From NCBI RefSeq assembly GCF_009914755.1, contig NC_060926.1: 64,000 nucleotides of DNA. One strand, given 5' to 3'. A program made the position numbers and the translations under genes. Position 1 is the first letter of the stretch. Each line of letters begins with the position of its first letter. Below, piece after piece: positions 12,000-25,194 of this stretch. The stretch comes from the human T2T-CHM13v2.0 reference genome, Homo sapiens. The notes beneath the pieces were generated by a model. The model was given only the letters and a program-made list of their open reading frames with translations, had not been told where the DNA came from and searched no databases.

Positions 12000-14200
12000 T
12001 CATTTGATCAATTTCCAAATATTTAATGAGCGTTTAGTATATGTCAAGCCTCATACATGGCTGAATACAAACAGACTTGGTTCCTAACCTTAGGCAAGTT
12101 AGTGTAGTGGGAGATACAAATTATAAACAAGTAAATCAACAGGCTTAGGTATTTTGTGGTTGCCCCAAGGAGAACAGGATTAACCCCTACCTAAATTAGT
12201 CATGATGGTGAGACTGATGATGCTGCATGCACCAAGAAGGTATGAATAGGTTTATTACTCACATCATGAGGCTCTCCCGAGAGAGCAGGGCAGGTGTAAA
12301 TTAATCCAGATGGCTTAAGCGAAGTGGAAAAAGTGGACTGGGCCATTATAGTGGCCGTAGGGTGGGGCCTTGTGAGGTTTGGACTGCTGCTAGCAGCAAG
12401 GATGGGGCAGACAGGAAAGTGGAACAGGGATTCAAAAGCTGTCAACAGTTTTACATCAAAAAAGGTGTCAGCAGGCCGGGCGCGGTGGCTCAAGCCTGCA
12501 ATCCCGGCACTTTGGGAGGCCGAGGCGGGCGGATCATGAGGTCAGGAAATCGAGACCATCCTGGCTAACATGGTGAAACCCCGTCTCTACTAAAAATACA
12601 AAAAAAATTAGCCAGGTGTGGTGGCGAGCGCTTGTAGTCCCAGCTACTCAGGAGGCTGAGGCAGGAGAATGGCGTGAACCCAGGAGGATGAGCTTGCAGT
12701 GAGCCGAGATCGCGCTGCTGCACTCCAGGCTGGGTGACAGAGCGAGACTCCGTCTTAAAAAAAAAAAAACAACAACAAAAAACAAACAAACAAACAAAAA
12801 ACAAAAAAAAGAGGTCAGTCTGTTTATTGTAACAGGTAATTAGAAATTGAGGAAATGCCATGAAGACAATAACTTGGAAGAAAATTATTGAGTTATTAAA
12901 TTGGGGGGCTCTGGGAAGGTTGTTCTGAGAGGTGACATACAAGTTAAGAAGTTAAGAGTGAGAAGGAGCCAATCAGATAAAGAGCTGGGGCAGGAGCCTG
13001 TGAAGGGAACAGCCAACACAAAATGAAAGACAGTTTGTCATGTCTGAGGAGGGTTATGAGAGAGTGGGAGTGGGCACCGAGATGAGAGACAAAATTGTTG
13101 AGGTAGGCAAGAGTTAGATCCTGCAGGGCATAGTAGGCAATATTAAGAAGTTTGCATTGGATTTGTTTGTGCAAGAGGAAGACACTGATGTTTTAGGCAA
13201 GGGATTGACATTACCTGACTTGTTTTTAAAATATCACTTCAGTTGTTATGGAGAGACTATATCGTTGGTGCTAAGTGTGGCAGCAGAGAAAATAAGAAGT
13301 TATTTCAGTAGTCCAGTAGAGATATGACGGTGGTTTGGGCGAGAGGGGTGGCAGGGAAGATGAAGCAAAATGAATGAATGATTTATAAAGATTTGGAGAT
13401 TAGTGATCAGAATATTGTGGCTGAATGGAGGGTATGAGTAGAGGATTGAACTAACTCCAAGTCTTCTGCCTTGAACAATTGGATAGGTATTGGTGCCATT
13501 TATTGTAGTGCATTCAGTAGTGGAGACAAGATATTTAAAGGGGGAATGAGTGGCAGGGTTTGGTTGGGGAGTAAATTCAGGAATTTGGTTTTTGACAAGT
13601 TAGCTTTGATAGGCTTATGACATAGCCAGATGGAGATGCCAAACACGTAGTTGAACAAATGAATCTGGAGCTCAGAGGTGAGGTTGTGATGGAAGAATAA
13701 ATTTGGAAGTTGTTACCACATAAATGACATTTAAAACAAGAGACTGGTTCAAACTGTCAAGGGAGAGAGTGCAGGGAGAAAGGTGGGTTAAAGGAGGAGT
13801 TCCCAGGAAACATCATGAGGAAGTTTCCAGAATAGTAGGAAGGAAATGAGGAGGATATGCTGTCATGGAAGCCAGAAAGGAAAATATAGCAAGAAAGTTG
13901 GAGGGGCCAACTTTGTAGAATGTTGCTGAGATGTCAAAAAACGGTAGACCTTAAAGTGCCTAGTGGGTTTTGCAACAGGAGGTCACTGGTGACTTTGAAG
14001 ACCTTGTCAGTAACGTAGTGGGTGTGAAAGTGAGATTAGAGTTGGCTGAAGTGGGAGGTAAGAAGAGAAGACAATGTGTGCAGACAACTTTTTCAAGAAG
14101 TTGTCCTTTGAGGGAGCAGAGAAATTTGGTAGTAGCTGAAGGAAGATATTGGGAAGAGGGCTTTGTCAAGATAGTTTGAGTGCTGATGGGATAATTCTTG
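12000..14200 (-). mobile_element. L2 LINE remnant, interrupted by an Alu and a probable old LTR fragment (~12155-12470)
   Basis: L2 3'-end-like tttaatgagcgtttagtatatgtcaagc near 12020; purine-rich L2 body motifs (gtcactggtgactttgaagacc, gacaactttttcaagaagtt). Confidence 0.7.
12474..12810 (+). mobile_element. AluY
   Basis: AluY diagnostics gagaccatcctggctaac, ggagaatggcgtgaaccc and gagcttgcagtgagccgagatcgcg; A/AAAC tail. Confidence 0.93.
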
Positions 14201-14255
14201 TGGAACAGCTTTTGGGAACATTCATTATTAACTCCATAAATTACATGAGAGGCTG

Positions 14256-14512
14256 AATAGCACAGAGTTTAGGAGCATGGGCTGTGGAGCAGGCTGCCTG
14301 GGCTCTATCCCTTAGTGGCTGTGCAACAACCTTGGGTGAGTATCTTAACTTTGTCTCTGCCTTAATTACCTTATTTGTAAAATGGGGATAATGACACTAA
14401 TAGTACCTACCTCATCAGGATGTTGTGAGGATTGAATAAGTAAATATTTGCTAAGTTCTTAGAATGCAGCCTAGGAAATTCATATAGTACACATTATATA
14501 AATGTTTGCTAA
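14256..14512 (+). mobile_element. MIR SINE
   Basis: Core tgtaaaatggggataatg...tacctacctca...gttgtgaggatt. Confidence 0.8.
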
Positions 14513-14736
14513 ATAAACAAACATAAAATACAAATGATTATAAGCAGAATTTCTAAGACATAGAGTACACACATTTTAAAGCCTTTGGTGATACCAAATT
14601 GCTTTTCACAAAATATCACCAGTTTGTGTGTTCATGGGCTGTCAACAAAAGGGTTAGTTTCTGGACCTCCTTACCAACATGAGGTAATATATATCAAAAA
14701 CACTGCATTTTGCAAGGCAAAAAAATATATATATAT

Positions 14737-15095
14737 ATATTGGCTGTGTCCCCACACAAATCTCATCTTGAATGAATTATAGCTCCCATAATTCCCTCAT
14801 GTTGTGGGAGGGACCCAGTGAGAGGTAATTGAATCATGACGCGTTTTCTCCCATACTGTTCTCGTGGTAGTGCCTAAGTCTCGTGAGATCTGATGGTTTT
14901 ATAAGGGGAAAACCCTTTCACTTGGCTATCACTCTTCTCTTGTCTGCTACCATGTGAAATGAGCCTTTTGCCTTCCAGCATGATTGTGAGGCTTTCCCAT
15001 TGATGTGGAACTGTGAGTCCACTAAACCTCTTTCTTTTGTAAACGGCCCAGACTTGGGTATATCTTTATCAACAGCTTGAAAACAGACTAATACA
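14737..15095 (+). mobile_element. THE1 solo LTR (THE1B/C-like)
   Basis: ttggctgtgtccccac...gtgggagggaccc...gagatctgatggtttt...aaacagactaataca; the 5' terminus merges into (TA)n. Confidence 0.85.
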
Positions 15096-15879
15096 CTGAG
15101 CATTTTTAAAAAGCTTGTTGGCAATTTAAGTTTTTTCTAAAATAAGTTGCCTATTTTTGTCCATTGTTTATATTTTCCATTGTGGTGTTTTGCTTTTCTC
15201 GTATTGCTTTTAAAGAACTAGTAAGGCATCAGACTTGAGACTTTTTTCTCCTTTTGTCATTTGCTTTTTAAGTGATGATTTGGGGGCCAAAAAAGGTCTT
15301 ATTTGTGGTGAAATATTTACTTTTCTATATTTTTTCTCTCTTTTACTGACAAATGAGATACTCATCTATGTTCCTTCTTTTTTTTTAGTTGTATTTTTTG
15401 AATTATATTTATAATCCAGCTGGAATTTATTTTAGTGTATAGTATAAAGTATGCATATAATTATTTTTACACAAATATTTGAGCAGATTTACCAACAACA
15501 TTTATTGAATAATCTATTCTTCTCTTGCTAATTAGACATAAATCCTTCATTATATGTAATCATCTATAAATATTTGAGTCTGTTTCTGCTCTTTCTATTC
15601 TTTCTATTGTTCTATTCCTGTTCCAATGATCTGTTCTTTCTATTCTTAATTTAGTGCAAAACTCTCAATTATAATGTCTTTGCAATTGAAAATTTAAATA
15701 AAACATATAAATATAATCTGAATCTGATTTTGCAAAATCCATTACTTTTTTTTTTATTTTTCAAAATTGATCACTTGCTTCTGCCTGGTGACTTTTTAAA
15801 TTTGAAAATTAATATGTTTTAAAGTTCTACATAAACATTCTGGTAGGATTTGTATGACCCTTATGAAATAATTTAGGAT

Positions 15880-16461
15880 TATTAAGGCTCCCATGATATG
15901 GCTTCTGTGATAGGTAGTGCATTGAGTGTGGGCAAGAACTGTGACTACTATGGGATATCACTCCCATGATTAGGTCACTAATTAGTTGATTTTTGAGTTA
16001 GTCAAAAGTGAGACTTTCCAAGTGGGCTGTACCTAACCAAGAGAGCCCTTAAAAGGGCCTTGGACCTCATTGCAAAAGAGATTTAAAGTGTAACGGGAAT
16101 TTCATGCAAGTGAGATTCTCCGTTAATAACTTTGAAGATGGGAAGGGTCTATGCAAGTAAAAACCAGGGAGTCGCTGGTTGGAGCTGAGAGCAATCCCTA
16201 ACTGACAGTCAGCAAGGAACTGAATTCTGCCATCAATCTAAATCATCTTGGAAGAGAACCAGATTTGAGATCCAGAGGAGAGCACATCCTTGTAACACCT
16301 TGATTTTGATTTTGGTCTTGTGAGATCCTGAGCTAATGACACGAACCCAGTCGTGTCATGCCTGGACTTCTGACTCACAGAACTGTGAGTTAGTAAATGG
16401 ATGTTGTTTTAAGTTATTAAGTTAGTGGTAATTTGCTAGGCAGAAATAGAAATGTAATGCA
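15880..16461 (+). mobile_element. MaLR LTR, MLT1E/F-like
   Basis: cctggacttctgactcacagaactgtgag...gttgttttaag...gtggtaatttg...aatagaaatgtaatgca. Confidence 0.65.
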
Positions 16462-18208
16462 GTTTTCATTTATTAAATTCTCCACTGTTGTAAACCTCAG
16501 TAAAGTTTTATATATGGATCCAACATGTTTATTGGTAAGTGTATTCCTCAGTGTATTGGTCAGGGCTCTTACTTACAGACAAATAATCCTCTAGCTAGTG
16601 CCAGCAGAAAGAAGACACCCCTGCCCCCCCCAAAAAGCTGAGTATCTCACAGAAACCTTGGGAAAGTTGGAGAACCAGGCTTAGATGCCAGAAAGCCAAA
16701 AACAAAGCAGCCGGGGGAAACTGCCTAACCACAATATGAGACTATTCTAGCAAAACTAGCTGCTGATGTGTTACTGCTCAGCACCTCTGACACATTCTGG
16801 ATGCCTGAAACCCTGCTACACATGCCCTGGAGGAATAAAACTCCTCAGCCATGAAACTTGCCAGAAGATCTGGCTTTCCTGCCTGTAGCTACTTATTTTT
16901 TTTCCTAAGTTTCATGCTGATGCTTCTGCTTGGTGGAAACCAGGCAATATATCAAATTTTACCTTCAACAGAGGCTGGAACATGTAGTTTAAGGCTATTG
17001 GCCTATCTAGTAGAAGAAAGAAAATTAGAAGAGGGTAGAAAGAGGTGCAGAATGAGCCAGCTTACAACATCCATGATTCCATGCATTTTATATTTTGTTG
17101 TTATTGTGAAAATGATCATTTGGTGAGGAACGGTGCACTCCAGCCCAGATACTATGCTTTTCCCACGGTCTTTGCAACACGCAGACCAGGAGATTCCCTC
17201 TGATGCCTAGACCGCCAGGGCCCTGGGTTTCAAGCACAAAACTGGGTGGCCGCTTGGGCAGACACCAAGCTAGCTGCAGGAGTTCTTTTTCATACCCCAG
17301 TGGCACCTGGAATGCCAGCAAGACAGAACTGTTCACTCCCCTGGAAAGGAGGCTGAAGCCAGGAAGCCAAGTGGTCTAGCTCAGTGGCTCCCAGCCCCAC
17401 AGAGCCCAGCAAGCTAAGATCCACTGGCTTGAAATTCTCACTGCCAGCACAGCAGTCTGAAGTCAACCTGGGACACTCCGGCTTGTTGAGGGGAGGGGCG
17501 TCCACCATTACTGAGGCTTGAGTAGGCGGTTTTCCCCTCACAGTGTGAACAAAGCTGCCAGGAAGTTCAAACTGGTTGGAGCTCACCGCAGCTTGGGAAA
17601 GCCACTGTAGCTGAAATACCTCTCTAGATTCCTCCTCTTGGGCAAGGCATCTCTGAAAGAAAGACAGCAGCTCCAATCAGGGGCTTATAGATAACACTCC
17701 CATCTCCCTGGGACAGAGCACCTGGGGGAAGGGGTGGCTATGGGCGCAGCTTCAGCAGACTTAAACGTTCCTGCCTGCCGGCTCTGAAGAAAGCAATGGA
17801 TCTCCCAGCACAGTGCTCAAGCTCTGCTAAGGGACAGAATGCCTCCTTGAGTCGGTCCCTGACCCCTGTGCCTCCTGACTGGGAGACACCTCCCAGCAGG
17901 AGTCAACAGACATCTCATACAGGAGAGCTCTAGGTGGCATCTGGCAGGTGCCCCTCTTGGTTGAAGCTTCCAGAGGAAGGAATAGGCAGCAATCTTTGCT
18001 GTTCTGCAGCCTCTGCTGGTGATACAAGCAAACAGCATCTGGAGTGGACCCCCCGCAAACTCCAGCAGACCTGTAGCAGAGGGGCCTGACTGTTACAAGG
18101 AAAACTAACAGAAAAGAATAGCATCAACATCAACCAAAAGGACATCCACACAGAAACTCCATCTGAAGCTCACGAACATAAAGGCCAAAGGTAGATAAAT
18201 CCACAAAG

Positions 18209-19236
18209 ATGAGGAAGAACCAATACAAAAAGGCTGAAAATGCCAAAAACCAGAAAACTTCCTCTCATCCAAAGGAACACAACTCTTCACTAGCAAGGGA
18301 ACAAAACTGGATTTAAAATGAGTTTGATGAATTGACAGAAGTAGACTTCAGAAGTTGGATAATAACAAACTTCTCTGAGCTAAAGGAGCATGTTCTAACC
18401 CAATGCAAGAAAGCTAAAAACCTTGAAAAAAGGTTAGACGAATTGCTAACTAGAATAACCAGTTTAGAGAAGAATATACATGATCCAGTGGAGCTGAAAA
18501 ACACAGCACAAGAACTTTGTAAAGCATATACAAGTATCAATAGCCAACTTGATCAAGTGGAAGAAAGGATATCAGAGATTGAAGATCAACTTAATGAAAT
18601 AAAGCGTGAAGACAAGATTAGAGAAAACAAAATGAAAAGAAATGAACAAAGCCTCCAAAAAATACGGTACCATGTGAAAAGACCAAACCTATGTCTGTTT
18701 GGTGTACCTGAAAGTGATGGGGAGATTGAAACCAAATTGGAAAACACACTTCAGGATATTATCCAGGAGAATTTCCCCAACCTAGCAAGACAGGCCAATA
18801 TTCAAATTCAGGAAATACAGAGAACACCACAAAGATACTCCTGGAGAAGAGCAACCCCAAGATACATAATCATCAGATTCACCAAGGTTGAAATGAAGGA
18901 AAAAATGTTAAGGGCAGCCAGAGAGAAATGCTGGGTTACCCACAAGGGGTAACCTAGATCAAATTAACAGTGGATCTCTCAGCAGAAACCCTACAAGCCA
19001 GAAGAGAGTGGGGGCCAATATTCAACATTCTTAAAGAAAAGAATTTTCAACCCAGAATTTCATATCCAGCCAAACTAAGCTTCATAAGCAAAGGAGAAAT
19101 AAAATCCTTTACAGAAAAACAAATGCTGAGAGATTTTGTCACCACCAGGCCTGCCTTAGAAGAGCTCCTGAAGGAAGCACTAAACATCAAAAGGAAAAAC
19201 TGGTACCAGCCACTGCAAAAACATATCGAACTGTAA
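18209..19236 (+). pseudogene. L1 ORF1p remnant with stops and a frameshift
   Basis: Coiled-coil, RRM and CTD peptides (LQDIIQENFPNLARQ, ARREWGPIFNILKEKNFQPRISYPAKLSF); stops near 18314 and 18950. Confidence 0.9.
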
Positions 19237-19299
19237 AGACCATAGACACTATGAAGAAACTGCATCAACTAATGAGCAAAATAATCAGCTAGCATCATA

Positions 19300-22200
19300 A
19301 TGACAAGATCAGATTCATGCATAACTATATTAACCTTAAATGTAAATGGGCTAAATGTCCCAGTCAAAAGACACAGACTGGCAAATTGGATAAAGAGTCA
19401 AGACCCATCAGTGTGCTGTATTCAGGAGACCCATCTCACATGCAAAAACACACATAGACTCAAAATAAAGGGATGCAGGAATATTTACCAAGCAAATGGA
19501 GAGCAAAACAAAGTGGGGGTTGCAATCCTAGTCTCTGATAAAACAGACTTTAAACCAACAAAGATCAAAAAAGACAAAGAAGGGCATTACATAATGGTAA
19601 AGGGATCAATGCAACAAGAAGAGCTAACTATCTGAAATATATATGCACCCCATACAGGAGACCCCAGATTCATAAAGCAAGTTCTTGGAGACCTACAAAG
19701 AGACTTAGACTCCCACACAATAATAGTGGGAGACTTTAACACCCCACTGTCAATATTAGACAGATCAATGAGACAGAAAATTAACAAGGCTATCTAGGAC
19801 TTGAACTCAGCTCTGGACCAAGTGGACCTAATAGACATCTATAGAACTTTCCACCCAAAATCGACAGAATATACATTCTTCTCAGCATCACATCATACTT
19901 ATTCTAAAATTAACCACATAATTGGAAGTAAAACACTCCTCAGCAAATGCAAAAGAATGGAAATCATAATAAACAGTCTCAGACAACAACGCAATCAAAT
20001 TAGAACCCAGGATTAAGAAACTCACTCAAAACCACACAACTACATGGAAACTGAATAAGCTGCTCCTGAATGACTACTGGGTAAATAACAAAATGAAGGC
20101 AGAAATAAATAAGTTCTTTGAAACCAATGAGAACAAAGACACAACGTACCAGAATCTCTGGGACACAGCCAGAGCAGTGTTTAGAGGGAAATTTATAGCA
20201 CTAAATGCCCACAGGAGAAATCAAGAAAGACCTAAAATCAACAACCTAACATCACAATTAAAAGGAGAAACAAGAGCAAACAAACTCAAAAGCTAACAGA
20301 AGACAAGAAAAAACTAAGATGAGAGCAGAATGAAGGGAGATAGACACACGAAAAGACCCTTCAAAAAAATCAATGAATCCAGGAGCTGGTTTTTTGAAAA
20401 GATCAACAAAATAGACCACTAGCCAGACCAAGAAAGAAGGAAAGAGAGATGAATCAAATAGACAAAATAAAAAATGATAAAGGGGATACCACCACTGATA
20501 CCACAGAAATACAAACTACCATCAGAGAACACTATAAACACCTCTATGCAAATAAACTGGAAAATCTAGAAAAAATGGATAAATTCCTGGATATCATACA
20601 CCCTGCCAAGACTAAATCAGGAAGAAGTTGAATCCCTGAATAGACCAATAACATGGTCTGAAATTGAGGCAGTAATTAATAGCCTACCAACCAAATAAAA
20701 GCCCAGGACCAGACAGATTCACAGCCAAATTCTACCAGAGGTACAAAAAGAAGCTGGTACCATTCCTTCTGAAAGTACTCCAAACAATAGAAAGAGAGGG
20801 AATCCTCCCTAACTCATTTTATGAGGCCAGCATCGTCCTGCAACAAAAACCTGGCAGAGACACAACAACAAAAGAGAATTTCAGGCCAATATCCCTGATG
20901 AACATCAAAGCAAAAATCCTCAATAAAATACTGGCAAACCGAATCCAGCAGCAAATCAAAAAGCTTACCCACCACGATCAAATTGGCTTCATCCCTGGGA
21001 TGCAAGGCTGGTTCAACATACACAAATCAATAAATGTAATCCAGCACATAAACAGAACCAATGACAAAAACCACATGATTATCTCAATAGATACAGAAAA
21101 GGCCTTTGATGAAATTCAACACCCCTTCATGCTAAAAACTGTCAATAAACTAGGTATTGATGGAACATATCTCAAAGTAATAAGAGCTGTTTATGACAAA
21201 CCCACAGCCAACATCATACTGAATGGGCAAAAACTGGAGGCATTCCCTTTGAAAAGCAGCACAAGACAAGGATGCCCTCTTTCATCACTCCTTTTTGACA
21301 CAGTATTGGAAGTTCTGACCAGGGCAATCAGCCAACAGAAAGAAAAGTGTATTCAAATAGGAAGAGAGGAAGTCAAATTGTCTCTGTTTGCATATGACAT
21401 GCTTGTATATTTAGAAAACCCCATTGCCTCAGCCCAAGATCTCCTTAAGCTGATAAGCAACTTCAGCAAAGTCTCAGGATACAAAAGCAATGTGCAAAAT
21501 CACAAGCATTCCTATACACCAATAATAGACAAACAGAGAGCCAAATCATGAGTGAACTCCCATTCACAATTGCTACAAAGAGAATAAAATACCTAGGAAT
21601 CCAACTTACAAGGGATGTGAAGGACCTCTTCAAGGAGAACTACAAACCACTGCTCAATGAAATAAAAGAGGATACAAACAAATGGAAGAACATTCCATGC
21701 TCATGGATAGGAAAAATCAATATCATGAAAATGGTCATACTGCCCAAAGTAATTTATAGATTCAATGCTATCCCCATCAAGCTACCATTGATTTTCTTCA
21801 TAGAATTGGAAAAAACTACTTTAAATTTTATACAGAACAAAAAAAGAGCCCATATAGCCAAGACAGTCTTAAGCAAAAAGAACAAAGCTGGAGGCATCAA
21901 ACTACCTGACTTCAAACTATACTATAAGGCTATAGTAACCAAAACAGCATGGTACTGGTACCAATACAGATACGTAGACCAAGGGAACAGAATAAAGTCC
22001 TCAGAAATAACACCACACATCTACAACCATCTGATCTTTGACACACCTGACCAAAACAAGCAATGGGGAAAGGATTCCCTATTTAATAAATGGTGTTGGG
22101 AAAACTGGCTAGCCATATGCAGAAGACTAAAACCGGACCCCTTCCTTACACATTATACAATTAACTCAAGGCAGATTAAAGACTTAAACGTAAAACTCAA

Positions 22201-23060
22201 GATGGATTAAAGATTTAAACATAAGACCTAAAACCATAAAAACCCAAGAAGAAAACCTAGGCAATACCATTCAGGACATAGGCATGGGCAAAGACTTCAT
22301 GACTGAAACACCAATAGCAATGGCAACAAAAGCCAACATTGACAAATGGGACCTAATTAAACTAAAGAGCTCCTGCACAGCAAAAGAAACTATCATCAGA
22401 GTGAACAGGCAACCTACAGAATGGGAGAAAATTTTTGCAATCTATCTATTTGACAAAGGGCTAATATCCAGAATCTACAAAGAACTTAACAAATTTACAA
22501 GAAAAAATAAAACAACCCCTTCAAAAAGTGGGCAAAGGATATGAACAGACACTTCTCAAAAGAAGACATTTATGCAGCCAACAAACATATGAAAAAAAGC
22601 TCATCATCACTGGTCATTAGAGAAATGCAAATCAAAACCACACTGAGATACTATCTCATACCAATTAGAATGGCAATCATTAAAAAGTCAGGAAACAACA
22701 GATGCTGGAGAGGATGTGGAGAAATAGAAATGCTTTTACACTGTTGGTGGGAGTGTAAATTAGTTCAACCATTGTGGAAGACAGTGTGGCGATTCCTCAA
22801 GGATCTAGCACCAGAAATAACATTTGACCCAGCAATCTCATTACTGGGTGTACACCCACAGGATTCTAAATCATTCTATTATAAAGACACATGCACCCAT
22901 ATGTTTATTGCAGCACTGTTCACAATAACAAAGACTTGGGAACCAACCCAAATGCCCATCAATGATAGACTGGATAAAGAAAATGTGGCACATATACCCC
23001 ATGGAATACTATGCAGCCATAAAAAAGGATGAGTTTATGTTCTTTGCAGGGACATAGATG
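19300..23060 (+). pseudogene. L1 ORF2p remnant (endonuclease/RT) with multiple stops and frameshifts
   Basis: ORF track pieces 19300-19635, 19801-20016, 20093-20296, 20898-21551, 21548-22210, 22284-22544 and 22541-23032 all resemble ORF2p. Confidence 0.92.
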
Positions 23061-23654
23061 AAGCTGGAAACCATCATTCTCAGCAAGCTAACACAAGAAT
23101 AGAAAACCAAACAGCACATGTTCTCACTCATAAGTGGGAGTGGAACAATGAGAACACATAGACACAGGGAGGGGAACATCACACACCGGGGCCTGTCAGT
23201 GGGTAGCGGGCTGGGGAGGGATAGCATTAGGAGAAATACCTAATGTAGATGACGGATTGATGGGTGCAGCAAACCACCATGGCATATGTATACCTATGTA
23301 ACAAACCTGTACATTCTGCACATGTATCTCAGAACTTATAGTATAATAATAGTAATAAAAAAGAAAAAACTGAAAAAATAAGAAAATGATCATTTACTCT
23401 TTAACTTTAGAGGTGGTTGTTATAATATATGATTGCTATTAATTTTTGTAAAATTATCTTGTGCTATTGCACCTTGCTAAAGATTTTAATAGTTCTTGTA
23501 TATTTTCAATTTGTTCTCTTGTGATTTCAAATCAAAACACTGGAAAATAGTGCTACTTTTTTAAAAATACAGATCTAAATAAATAATAAATACAGATAAA
23601 TATATATCTAAATAAATAATAAATAAATAAATAAATAAATACAGATTTTAAAAA

Positions 23655-24690
23655 GCGGGTCTTGCTTTGCATGTCTTTAGTATTCATGAATTTCAGTTAT
23701 CATGGTTTAAATTAAACCAGTCCCCAAACAACACAGTTCGAATTTTAGTTACCATGTAATATTAACTGTATTTGCATAAAGTATGAAGTTTTCTGCTAGC
23801 TGTCAATTCTAAAAATCACTACCTAATAACAGATGCACATCATAATTAATGACCAATCACATGACTTCTTTCAAAGTCTGCAGTGATTTGTGCAGTAACT
23901 GTGCACCTGGTACTCAGTTTACCCACAGACAGCAAAGCACAGAGTTATGTTGGCTGCTTGTCTCCTATGTATAAATCCATGACATTTTACAAGAATAAAT
24001 AATTCTTGTAAAGAGGAATCAGCTAACAAAGATAAAAGTGCTGCAAAGAAACAAAAAGGGATAATACTGGAAGGAAAGTATACACCGAACATAAATGGAG
24101 TTATAGAGGAAATAACTGACCATGGGACTATAGACACTGTCCCTGTTCTAATTATTCTAGTTAAGCAGCCAGAGCAATTTAGCTCACTTAGTGATATAAA
24201 TTAGGAAAGTGCTTGTATGCAAAGAATAAATGTGTTCTAGTAGAAGTGATACTGAGAAAAAACTTCACATCAAAGGAACATTCAGAGTTATTTCACAACG
24301 TTGAAAGTACAAAGAATGTTGGAAGATAATCCATATTTAGAAAGGAGCATAATTCACCAAAGCATAGTAAAGATGCTTCCTCCTTATAGTAAGTTACATC
24401 ATGAGAGGGAGGCAAGCACTATTTAAACTACTCTTGGTAAGCTTTTATTTTACAGAGAAATAAAACACTTTAATTTTCAACACTTTTAATGTTTCAAGTT
24501 ATATTGTCCCAAAAAAATTAGCCTTCACTAATTTTGTGTTCCCATATAAATTTATTACCAATAGTAAATGAGTGTTTAATGTCTTGACAAAAATTTTGAA
24601 AGGTAATAAAACAAACACCACTTTGTACATTTTTAGCTTCTCTGGTCATTTCTACGGTTCTGCATGGCAATGCAAAGCCAGCACTAACTA
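23655..24690 (+). mobile_element. TcMar-Tigger-family DNA transposon fossil
   Basis: Degenerate TIRs (tcttgctttgcatg / catggcaatgcaaagccagca); transposase N-terminal-like SAAKKQKGIILE near 24037. Confidence 0.55.
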
Positions 24691-25156
24691 TACCCTCTAT
24701 CTTTTCATATCAACTGAAATCTTCAGAACAAAAATAAGTAAGATTGGTAAGAGAAGCAATCACTTAAAGGATGAATTGGCTAGATATAGCATCTTGGGAC
24801 ACAATAATGTTTTCTAAAAATTTTGTGGCATTATTTTCTGGAGATATGTGTTGGGAGGAGATGCTCAAGGCTGGTTTTATGTTCTTTCCTTTTATGGGCT
24901 TTTATTTTTAATTTTATATTTATAAATGTTTCGGAGGAGTGTTTGTGAGCTTCAAGAGGATTGCTGCACATTGGCCCCATAGCCTGTTCTTGCCTCCAAG
25001 TTTGATTGTTCAAATTAAGGGTCTTTGTGGTAGTGTGCTTCTAGGATCTTTTCTTACTCCCTGAAAAACATGTATGCTAACTTAGGAGGGACAGTGTGAG
25101 TTGCCCTCACCTTAGATTGAATTGATTCCTCTATAACAACAATGATTTAAATATAT

Positions 25157-25194
25157 TTCCAATAAAAAATACATGCGTGTGTGTGTGTGTGTGT
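25157..25194. repeat. (TG)n microsatellite at the end of a short A-rich stretch
   Basis: gcgtgtgtgtgtgtgtgtgt at about 25175-25194. Confidence 0.75.

Larger units (their letters stand above)
17122..23381 (+). mobile_element. Near-full-length defective L1 (L1PA7-like), slightly 5'-truncated
   Basis: 14-bp TSD gaaaatgatcattt at 17108-17121 and 23382-23395; ORF1 18209-19236 in pieces (18332-18952, 18970-19236); ORF2 from 19300 with endonuclease, RT ([14 protein letters not shown]) and C-terminal CWRGC...HCWWEC fragments; 3'UTR and A tail. Confidence 0.95.

Noticed and set aside
12324-12942. ORFs overlapping Alus (also 33258-33638, 44102-44565, 51510-52022)
   Set aside because: Typical Alu-derived pseudo-ORFs
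16555-17070. Possible old MLT1/LTR33-like LTR and scattered L1M fragments (15100-15870, 26960-27880, 50950-51280)
   Set aside because: Too degraded to assign family or boundaries reliably by eye
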